A DNA stretch of 64,000 nucleotides from Patescibacteria group bacterium (GTDB lineage: Bacteria; Patescibacteriota; Doudnabacteria; UBA920): contig WARV01000024.1 of NCBI GenBank assembly GCA_013387205.1, positions 11,283 through 75,282 on the forward strand, in the 5' to 3' direction. The notes under the pieces are model-generated. The model ran no database searches. It had not been told where the DNA came from and was given only the letters and a program-made list of their open reading frames with translations. The stretch's first letter is position 1, and each line of letters begins with the position of its first letter. A program made the translations under genes and the position numbers. Below, in pieces: positions 56,471 through 64,000 of this stretch.

Positions 56471-58780
56471 TTATCTATCGAAGTTTCTTCTTGGCGGGCG
56501 GGAACCTCCGTGGCCTCCCCTGCCTCCGCCATGGCCGCCGCGATGGGAACCTCCGCCCATGCGCGGGCCGCGGTATTCATCGTATTCGGCATGAGCACCT
56601 GCCCCAGCTCCTCTGCTTCGCTCGGAACCTAAGCCAGCCGGCGCGGCTTCGGCAAAAGGCTTGTGGGTCAAGTTAATCCTTCCCTGCTCGTCAATCTCGC
56701 TGACCTGGACTTTTAACTTATCGCCAATCTTAACCACGTCTTCCACGCGGTTCACTCTGTAATTGGCCAATTGCGAAATATGCACCAGGCCTTCCTTGCC
56801 TGGCAAAACTTCCACGAACGCGCCAAAGTCCATCAGCCTGGTCACCTTGCCTTCATAAATTTCGCCCGGCTCGACTTCTTTAACAATGTTCTGAATCCAT
56901 TCCACCGCTTTCTTGGCGCTTTCTGCGTCGGTCGATGTCACCATAACCAAACCATCATCTTCAATATCTATTTTAACGCCCGGACAGTTGGCAATAATTT
57001 CGTTAATAGTCTTGCCGCCGCTTCCGATAACTTCGCGGATCTTGTCCGGCTTAATCTTAAAGCTGGTAATGCGCGGGGCATACGGGGAAAGATCGGGACG
57101 CGGCGCAGGTAAAGCTTCTTTCATCTTGGATATAATGTGGATACGCGCCGGCTTGGCTTGGGCCAAAGCTTTAGCCAAAATTTCCGGAGTCAATCCTTTA
57201 ACTTTGATATCCAATTGCAAAGCAGTTACGCCTTCTTCGCTTCCTGTTACTTTAAAGTCCATGTGGCCGTTAAAATCTTCTATTCCGGCAATGTCAGTTA
57301 ACACTTTAAAGTGCTCGGGATTGCTTTCGTCCATAACAAGCCCCATGGCACAGCCGCCGATAATGTGCTTAATAGGCACGCCGGCATCCATAAGTGCAAG
57401 TGTCGACCCGCAAGTAGAAGCCATAGAAGTTGATCCATTGCTGGACATTATTTCAGAAACCAAACGCATGGTATAAGGGAATTCTTCCTGGGCAGGAAGC
57501 GTAACTTCTACAGCGCGTTCGGCTAATGCGCCGTGGCCGATTTCGCGGCGGCCAGGGCCGCGGATTGGAGCGACTTCGCCTACGGAATAACCTGGAAAAT
57601 TGTAATGGTGGATATATCTCTTGGCGCGACCCTCTATCGGATCTTCCATTCCGTCCAAAGTCTGCTCATCGCCCTTGCTGCCCAAAGTGATGGTTGTCAA
57701 AGCCTGGGTCTCGCCTCTTGTAAACAGCGCGCTGCCATGGGTTCTGGGCAAAACGCCGACTTCGCAGGTTATGGGGCGAGTTTCATCTAATTTCCTGCCG
57801 TCCACGCGGCGCTCGTGCTCTAAAATCTGCTTCTGCTGGAATTTTTTCAGAATTTTATCAATGCATTTATCCACTTCTTTTTCAATATTCACACCTTCCA
57901 GTTCTCCGAGTTCAGATGCCACTTTTTCCAAAATTTGTTTGGAAATATTATCGATATTTTCTTCGCGCTGCTCTTTACTCTTTACATAAACAGCCGGCTC
58001 AATAACACCGGAAGTCAGCAAGCTGCTGACTTTGGCAAAAACCTGTTCGTTGGGTTTTATAATGACCGGTTCAACTTTTGCCGTGCCTATTTCTTTGCTG
58101 AAATCTTCCTGGCATTTGACCAGCGCGCCCAAAAACGGCTGCGCGAATTTTATAGCTTCCACAATTTCTTCTTCGCTGACCAAATTGGCGCCGGCTTCCA
58201 CCATTATAATATGCTCGCCGGTTCCGCAGACAATCAAATCCATGCTGCTTTTTTCCTGCTGCTCGTGAGTCGGGTTTATTACGTATTGGCCGTCAATTTT
58301 TCCCACGCGGCATCCGGCAACCGGGCCGTCGTAAGGGATTTTGCTTATGGCCAAAGCCATGCTGGCAGCATTGACCGCCACAATATCAGGTTCGTTTTCA
58401 CCGTCAACGGATAAAACCGTGGCAATTACTTGCACGTCATTTCTCATTCCTTCGGGGAACATGGGCCTAAGGGTCCTATCTATAACCCTACCTTTTAAAA
58501 TGGCTCCATCAGTGGCACGGCCTTCCCTTTTGACCCAGCGGCTGCCCTTTATTTTGCCGGCAGCGTATAATCTTTCCTCGTAATCTACTAAGAGCGGAAA
58601 AAAGTCCACGCCTTCGCGCGGGGTTTTTCCCATTACCACAGTGGCTAACACCACGGTATCGCCCAAGCGGGCAACCACCGCGGCATCGGCCTGTTTGGCA
58701 ATTTTTCCTGTTTCAAATACAAAATCCTTCTCGCCAACCTTGCACGAGACTTTCTTGGACACTATTTGGTTATTCTCCAT
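56471..58780 (-). CDS. pnp: Polyribonucleotide nucleotidyltransferase (PNPase) with C-terminal RGG/Gly-His-rich tail
   Basis: 769 aa from the ATG at 58780 (AAGGA SD), with two PH domains, KH and S1. Tail: ..GAGAGAHAEYDEYRGPRMGGGSHRGGHGGGRGGHGGSRPPRRNFDR. Confidence 0.95.
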   Translation of the reverse strand: MENNQIVSKKVSCKVGEKDFVFETGKIAKQADAAVVARLGDTVVLATVVMGKTPREGVDFFPLLVDYEERLYAAGKIKGSRWVKREGRATDGAILKGRVIDRTLRPMFPEGMRNDVQVIATVLSVDGENEPDIVAVNAASMALAISKIPYDGPVAGCRVGKIDGQYVINPTHEQQEKSSMDLIVCGTGEHIIMVEAGANLVSEEEIVEAIKFAQPFLGALVKCQEDFSKEIGTAKVEPVIIKPNEQVFAKVSSLLTSGVIEPAVYVKSKEQREENIDNISKQILEKVASELGELEGVNIEKEVDKCIDKILKKFQQKQILEHERRVDGRKLDETRPITCEVGVLPRTHGSALFTRGETQALTTITLGSKGDEQTLDGMEDPIEGRAKRYIHHYNFPGYSVGEVAPIRGPGRREIGHGALAERAVEVTLPAQEEFPYTMRLVSEIMSSNGSTSMASTCGSTLALMDAGVPIKHIIGGCAMGLVMDESNPEHFKVLTDIAGIEDFNGHMDFKVTGSEEGVTALQLDIKVKGLTPEILAKALAQAKPARIHIISKMKEALPAPRPDLSPYAPRITSFKIKPDKIREVIGSGGKTINEIIANCPGVKIDIEDDGLVMVTSTDAESAKKAVEWIQNIVKEVEPGEIYEGKVTRLMDFGAFVEVLPGKEGLVHISQLANYRVNRVEDVVKIGDKLKVQVSEIDEQGRINLTHKPFAEAAPAGLGSERSRGAGAGAHAEYDEYRGPRMGGGSHRGGHGGGRGGHGGSRPPRRNFDR

Positions 58781-58898
58781 AATTATCCTTTGCCCTTGTT
58801 TTAAACAAGGGCACATGAAATGATTTGCGCGTTGACGATGACTTGGTTTAAGTCCTCGCTGTACCCGCAAACCATTTCTTAATTATTTTTAAAAATTT

Positions 58899-59303
58899 TC
58901 AACTTATTGTGACGGCTGGATTAGCCAAGACTTCCTTTATCTTTTCCAAAATTTCGTTCGGGGTAAAGTATGCTTTCACCAAAAAAGCCTGGGCGTTTAA
59001 CACTTTGGCTTTTAAGATATCCTCATTGCTCCACAGGTTGCTTAAGACAATCACCGGGGTTTTAGCAATAGATTGGTCTTTGTTGCCCCTTAAAATATCC
59101 AAAATTTGGAAACCGGAAAGTTCCGGCAGCATCAAATCCAGCATGACCAGGTCTGGTTTTTCTTTTAAGATTAAATCCAAGCCCTTTTTCCCGTCCTCCC
59201 CTGCCTTTATGTCAAAACCAGCCGTGCTTAACTTGTGGGATATTATTTCCCTCATAGCCATGTCGTCTTCCACCATGACAATTTTGTATTTTTTATCAGC
59301 CAT
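58899..59303 (-). CDS. Single-domain response regulator (CheY-like receiver)
   Basis: 134 aa with the conserved D13/D57/K107 positions. Confidence 0.8.
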   Translation of the reverse strand: MADKKYKIVMVEDDMAMREIISHKLSTAGFDIKAGEDGKKGLDLILKEKPDLVMLDLMLPELSGFQILDILRGNKDQSIAKTPVIVLSNLWSNEDILKAKVLNAQAFLVKAYFTPNEILEKIKEVLANPAVTIS

Positions 59304-59433
59304 AAATTTTTGATTTCAATTTATAGGTATATTATATCAAAACTAACGGATTTTTGCAAAATAAACCAAGGCTTATCAAAACCAGACAACCTTATTTTTT
59401 TCATTTGGAAAAAGCTTGGCTGGCTCAGTTTTA

Positions 59434-59895
59434 TTAGGAAGAAAAAACTTCTTTTCTTTGATTTATTTTAAAAAAATCAGATATTGGGATTTCTTGATCC
59501 TGTACTAAATTTATCTCCAAAGCCTCTTTAGGTGGAAACCAAGAATATTCTGAATGTTCAGCAATGTTCAATGCGACTTCCGGTTTACTATCTATTTCTA
59601 TAGCAAAAATATAAAACATAAAATCCGTATCGCCATGCCTCACATAATAGCATCTTTCGTACTTAGTTATTTTATCCATAGTGACGTTTATGCCTGTCTC
59701 TTCAAAAGTTTCCCTGCAAATAGCATCTTCCAAACTTTCCCCGTTGCCTACTTTTCCTGCCGGAGGCCCCCATTTCTTTTCTTGAGGCTTGCCTGCCTGT
59801 CTTTTAAGCATCAATATCTTTCCATCATTTATTATAAACAACGACACCACATCAAACTTTTTACTAAAACCTTTTATGGGATTAATAGATATCAT
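59434..59895 (-). CDS. NUDIX hydrolase
   Basis: 153 aa. Nudix box GKVGNGESLEDAICRETFEETGI. Confidence 0.8.
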   Translation of the reverse strand: MISINPIKGFSKKFDVVSLFIINDGKILMLKRQAGKPQEKKWGPPAGKVGNGESLEDAICRETFEETGINVTMDKITKYERCYYVRHGDTDFMFYIFAIEIDSKPEVALNIAEHSEYSWFPPKEALEINLVQDQEIPISDFFKINQRKEVFSS

Positions 59896-60056
59896 ATAAA
59901 TGAAATAAATTATGCTTATGTTATACCAAAACTGGAGTTTTTATGCAAAATATGCTATAATTTCTAATAGTTTGAAGGCTTATAATGATACAAATAACAA
60001 ATAATCCTCCATCCATAAAAACGTAAAGGCAGCAAAACATCATTAATGAAATCTTA

Positions 60057-61148
60057 ATGTTCTCTGAATTTAAAGAATTTGATAACCATGAGTTGCTCAT
60101 ACATTTCAACGACAAAGATACAGGATTAAAAGGCTTTATTGCCATACATAATACGACTTTAGGGACTGCTACTGGGGGAACCCGCTACCGCATTTACCAG
60201 ACAGAAGAAGATGCTTTAAAAGACGTGTTAAGGCTTTCTCAAGCCATGACATACAAGTGTGCTTTGGCAGACGTTCCTTTTGGTGGCGGAAAAGCGGTGA
60301 TAATGGCCGACCCGAGGCAAACCAAAAACGAAGAAATCCTTTTTGCTTATGCACGCAAAATCAATTTTTTAAAAGGGAGTTTTACAACCGGCGAAGATGC
60401 CGGGTTAAATGACGAAGATGTAAAAGTATTAAGCAAGGTATCGCCTTACATAAACGGAGCCTCTTGCGGGCAGGAAGGACTGTCTTTTTGGGCAGCCAAA
60501 GGAGTTTATGAGGCAATGAGGGCAGGATTAAAATTTAAATGGCATGCGGATAGTTTTGCAAATAAAACCATAGCCATAAAAGGCTTGGGCAAACTTGGTT
60601 TTGCCCTTTGCGGTTTGCTTGTAGAAAGTGGCGCTAACGTTATCGCTGCTGACATAGACCTGGAAACTGCAGCCCGCGCATTAAAAAAATATCCGAACAT
60701 TAAAATAACTGACGCACAGACTATTCACAAACAAGAAGTAGACATCTTTAGCCCTTGCGCTTTAGGGAACGATATAACGCCAAAAACTATCGAAGAACTT
60801 AAATGCGGTATGGTGTGCGGAGGAGCTAACAACCAGCTGGCTGACAAAGAATGCGGACAACGTCTGCACGAGCGAGGTATCCTATACATACCGGATTATG
60901 TAGCTAATGCCGGAGGACTCATTAGGGCAGTAGCAGACATGACAGTTAAGGGCGGCGATGTCCACAACTGGGTTGAAGCAAAAGTAAAAAATATATACGT
61001 AACCTCAACTGTGATAATTTATGAATCAATCAAAAATAATTTATCAACAAGCGATGTTGCAAATCGCCTGGCTCTAGAAAAATTAGCTGCCGGAGCCAAA
61101 ATAAAAGAAAAAGAAAAATATGAGCTCAAACTTTCCAAAGCAATTTAA
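60057..61148 (+). CDS. Glu/Leu/Phe/Val dehydrogenase family amino-acid dehydrogenase (leucine/phenylalanine dehydrogenase-like)
   Basis: 363 aa with the catalytic-Lys motif VPFGGGKAVI and an NAD Rossmann motif GLGKLGFALCGLL. Confidence 0.8.
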   Translation: MFSEFKEFDNHELLIHFNDKDTGLKGFIAIHNTTLGTATGGTRYRIYQTEEDALKDVLRLSQAMTYKCALADVPFGGGKAVIMADPRQTKNEEILFAYARKINFLKGSFTTGEDAGLNDEDVKVLSKVSPYINGASCGQEGLSFWAAKGVYEAMRAGLKFKWHADSFANKTIAIKGLGKLGFALCGLLVESGANVIAADIDLETAARALKKYPNIKITDAQTIHKQEVDIFSPCALGNDITPKTIEELKCGMVCGGANNQLADKECGQRLHERGILYIPDYVANAGGLIRAVADMTVKGGDVHNWVEAKVKNIYVTSTVIIYESIKNNLSTSDVANRLALEKLAAGAKIKEKEKYELKLSKAI

Positions 61149-62643
61149 TTGCCAAGAAGCTGACTTAGTAATTAGGCAAATCCAAAAATTCAACGGATTT
61201 TTTTGGGATCGCGTACGAAAAAAAAGGATGCTGCAGCTGTTTCATCAGGCGGCCCATAATGTACCTGCCTACAAGGATTTTTTGAAAAAAAATAAAATTT
61301 CTCCAGATAAAATTAAAACCCTCGCCGATTTTCGGCTAGTACCGCCGGTCACTAAAAAAAATTATTTAACCCAATACCCTCTTGAACTGCTAACTTGGAA
61401 AGGGTCAGATAAACAGACTACTATTTTTACCTCTACCTCTGGTTCTACAGGCCAGCCCTTCTACTTTCCCAGACAATACCAGCTGGACTGGCAATCATCT
61501 ATCACTCACGAATTATTTTTAACCAGCGGAACCCACGACTTAAAAAAACCTATTCTGATTATAGACAGCTTCGGGATGGGGGTTTGGATAGGAGGACTGA
61601 TAACTTATAAAGCTTTTGAGTTAGTGGGACAAAGAAAAGAAATTCCGCTTTCAATTATCACCCCTGGCATCAACAAAATAGAAATTTTTAAAACAATTAA
61701 AAATCTTACGCCGTATTTCAAGCAAATAATTTTGGCAGGGTATCCCCCGTTCATTAAAGATGTAATAGACGAAGCAATAGCGCAAGGTATTAATCTCAAA
61801 CAGCTTAAAATCCGCACATTATTTGCAGCGGAGCCGTTTAGCGAAACATTCAGGGAACACCTCGCTAAGCAGGCAGGCATAAAAAATATTTTTTTAGATA
61901 CAGCAAACATTTATGGTTCCGCGGACTTGGGAACCATGGCTTCCGAAACCCCAACTTCCATTTTAATACGGCGAATTGCCCACCAGCACCACGATATTTT
62001 CAAACAATTATTTTCCAATATAAACAAAACTCCTACACTTGCGCAGTACAACCCATTTTTCATAAATTTTGAGTCAGAAAACGAAGAAATTTTTATTACG
62101 GGCAATAACACCCTCCCCCTAATACGGTACGGCATAGGAGACCACGGCGGAGCCTTAACCTTTAATGAAGTAGAAAGCCTACTGGCAAAAAACAGTGTGA
62201 ATTTAATTTCAGAGGCCAAGAAAAACCATTTATTACACCACGTATATAAATTGCCGTTTGTGTATGTTTACGAAAGAAAAGATTTTTCCACCACGCTGTA
62301 TGGCCTGCAGGTTTATCCGGAATATATCCGCGAACCTCTGCTGCAGGCCCCTTTAAACAAAAATTTAACCGGCAAGTTTTTGATGGAAACAAAATTCGAC
62401 AAAAAACATAACCAATATCTGGAAATAAACCTAGAACTGCAGAAAACCAGACAAGCCACCGAACGCTTACTCAAAACTGCCACGCAAAAAATTATGCACG
62501 GTCTGACATCCAAGAGTTCAGAATACAAGGAACTTTACCATCATTTAAAAAAGCGAGCTATACCAAAACTGGTATTTTGGCCTGCTGAACATCCTTTATA
62601 TTTTAAGAAAGGAGTTAAACAAAAATGGGTACAAAACCATTAA
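61120..62643 (+). CDS. PaaK / coenzyme-F390-synthetase-like adenylate-forming enzyme (ANL superfamily)
   Basis: 507 aa with an AMP-binding P-loop analogue FTSTSGSTGQPFYFP, YGSAD and RYGIGD. It overlaps the upstream gene by 29 nt. Confidence 0.7.
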   Translation: MSSNFPKQFNCQEADLVIRQIQKFNGFFWDRVRKKRMLQLFHQAAHNVPAYKDFLKKNKISPDKIKTLADFRLVPPVTKKNYLTQYPLELLTWKGSDKQTTIFTSTSGSTGQPFYFPRQYQLDWQSSITHELFLTSGTHDLKKPILIIDSFGMGVWIGGLITYKAFELVGQRKEIPLSIITPGINKIEIFKTIKNLTPYFKQIILAGYPPFIKDVIDEAIAQGINLKQLKIRTLFAAEPFSETFREHLAKQAGIKNIFLDTANIYGSADLGTMASETPTSILIRRIAHQHHDIFKQLFSNINKTPTLAQYNPFFINFESENEEIFITGNNTLPLIRYGIGDHGGALTFNEVESLLAKNSVNLISEAKKNHLLHHVYKLPFVYVYERKDFSTTLYGLQVYPEYIREPLLQAPLNKNLTGKFLMETKFDKKHNQYLEINLELQKTRQATERLLKTATQKIMHGLTSKSSEYKELYHHLKKRAIPKLVFWPAEHPLYFKKGVKQKWVQNH

Positions 62644-63770
62644 TCTTCAACGCGAAAGAAATCTCAGTTGAAAATATAAAAAAACAGGTTAATCCTGCCA
62701 AAGTTCTGGATTCATTTTCTGAACAGTTACATGAATTGTTTTTAATCCGCAATCCCCGCTTCCGCTTTAATAAAGATTTCGCCCAGGAACTCGAAACTTT
62801 TATTAACGATTTTAGGCAAGAAAAAACACTGGAAGAAACAGGTTATTGGGTATTTTTTCCTTGGAACGAAACTCTAGTTCATTATTTACCGGAAGTTGAA
62901 CACCTGGAACTAAGAACAGCTAGAAATAAAAACCTGATTTCCGGCCAAGAGCAGGAAAAATATTATAACGCGACAGTTGGAGTTGCAGGCTTGAGCGTAG
63001 GCAGCCACGCAGCCCTGACTTTGGCCATGACTGGCGGGGCCAAGAACATCAAACTGGCTGACCCGGACACTATTTCCGTTTCCAATTTAAACCGCCTCCG
63101 CTATGGGGCCATGCAAGTCGGTCTTAACAAAACAGAAGCTGCCGCTCATTTCATATACGAAATTAATCCCTATTCCAATATTTTTCTTTATCCCGAAGGG
63201 ATAAATCAAGACAACATTGAAGAATTTGTAAAAGGGTCGGTATCTGTTCCTAAACTTGATATTCTTTTGGAAGGCGTGGATAATTTAGAGATGAAAATTC
63301 TGCTCAGAGAGTATGCCAAAAAAGCCGGCATTCCCGTGGTTATGGCTACGGATAACGGCGACGGAATTATTGTCGATGTGGAGAGATACGACTTGGAGCC
63401 CGACTTGTTATTATTTAACGGCGCGCTGGGAAATTTCAGTATTGAGGATTTCCGGAATTTCCCTCCGCAGCAGCTGCCCCAGCTTGCCACTAAAGTCGCA
63501 GGGCCTGATTATGTGGTACCAAAAATGCTTGCCTCGGTATTTGAAGTAGGAAAAAGTTTATATTCTTGGCCACAGTTAGGCACAGCGGCGACTTTTACAG
63601 GAGTAGCTACTGCATACCTGACAAGAAACATTATTAACAACAAGAATATCAAAAGCGGTAAATACGACATAAATTTAGACTCTATCTTTGAAAGCGATTA
63701 CACAAACCTGTCTATTGCCCAAAACCGCCAGGAAGAAAGAAAATCTTTGCTAAAAAATTTAGGTTTATAA
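62625..63770 (+). CDS. E1-like / ThiF-MoeB-family adenylyltransferase with about 130-aa N-terminal extra domain
   Basis: 381 aa with a Rossmann motif VGVAGLSVGSHAALTLAMTGG and the E1 signature DPDTISVSNLNRLRY. It overlaps the upstream gene by 19 nt. Confidence 0.75.
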   Translation: MGTKPLIFNAKEISVENIKKQVNPAKVLDSFSEQLHELFLIRNPRFRFNKDFAQELETFINDFRQEKTLEETGYWVFFPWNETLVHYLPEVEHLELRTARNKNLISGQEQEKYYNATVGVAGLSVGSHAALTLAMTGGAKNIKLADPDTISVSNLNRLRYGAMQVGLNKTEAAAHFIYEINPYSNIFLYPEGINQDNIEEFVKGSVSVPKLDILLEGVDNLEMKILLREYAKKAGIPVVMATDNGDGIIVDVERYDLEPDLLLFNGALGNFSIEDFRNFPPQQLPQLATKVAGPDYVVPKMLASVFEVGKSLYSWPQLGTAATFTGVATAYLTRNIINNKNIKSGKYDINLDSIFESDYTNLSIAQNRQEERKSLLKNLGL

Positions 63771-63774
63771 AATT

Positions 63775-64000
63775 ATGGATCCCATCCCCCGAGACCACAT
63801 TTACAAAATTTTGGAAGCTGGAGGGCAAGCACCTTCGGGAAGCAATTCACAACCTTGGAAATTTAAGGTAAACGGCAACACCATAGAAATTATTGCCTTA
63901 CCGGAAAAAGACCATCCTATTTTGAATTTCAGGTATCGTGGCACTTGGATTGCGCACGGTGCACTAATAGAAAACCTACTAATAGCCGCATCTGCATTGG
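63775..64000 (+). CDS. Nitroreductase-fold protein (5' partial; runs off window end)
   Basis: MDPIPRDHIYKILEAGGQAPSGSNSQPWKF.. is the classic nitroreductase N-terminal motif. It starts 5 nt after the E1-like stop. Confidence 0.7.
   Translation, partial: MDPIPRDHIYKILEAGGQAPSGSNSQPWKFKVNGNTIEIIALPEKDHPILNFRYRGTWIAHGALIENLLIAASAL

Overview
The window is a low-GC (about 40%) bacterial chromosome segment whose minus strand carries most of the ribosomal superoperon. The str operon is split: rpsL and rpsG-fusA are separated by about 3.7 kb from tuf. The S10 operon then runs rpsJ-rplC-rplD-rplW-rplB-rpsS-rplV-rpsC-rplP-rpmC-rpsQ, followed by spc (rplN-rplX-rplE-rpsZ-rpsH-rplF-rplR), which ends abruptly after L18. 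Several ribosomal proteins carry terminal extensions of the kind seen in small-genome bacteria of the Patescibacteria/CPR type, and this, the TTG starts and three small GIY-YIG proteins are consistent with such a genome. That lineage assignment is inference only.

Other genes I can support:
- Translation and RNA: leuS, metG, glyQS, tgt, pnp, rlmH, rpmB, and tRNA-Ala(CGC), tRNA-Pro(GGG), tRNA-Leu(CAA).
- Envelope and membrane: an HTH-murA fusion, uppP, a DedA-family protein, an MFS transporter, an AI-2E transporter, an S41 peptidase, an M50 protease and a PEP-CTERM protein.
- DNA repair and nucleotide: nfo, tatD, an MGMT-like protein, two NUDIX hydrolases and a DUF559 endonuclease-like protein.
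- Regulation and metabolism: parB, glyA, an ECF sigma factor, a CheY-like receiver, and M16 and M24 peptidases.

The most striking property is density of palindromic, MITE-like repeats. At least eight families are present, most in multiple copies. They fill almost every spacer of the ribosomal operon, several abut start codons, and some are inserted in frame inside essential genes (leuS, the M24 aminopeptidase, tatD), in the manner of Rickettsia palindromic elements.

Candidate novel systems:
- At 60-64 kb on the plus strand, a tightly coupled cassette running off the window edge: Leu/Phe/Val-type amino-acid dehydrogenase, PaaK/F390-synthetase-like adenylating enzyme, an E1/ThiF-like adenylyltransferase with an N-terminal extra domain, and a nitroreductase-fold protein.
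- A LeuRS carrying an in-frame RBBP9/YdeN-like alpha/beta-hydrolase domain.
- A GIY-YIG cassette bracketed by 74-bp direct repeats inside the fusA-tuf gap.
- An HTH-MurA fusion flanked by inverted-repeat elements.

I found no CRISPR array and no rRNA gene.
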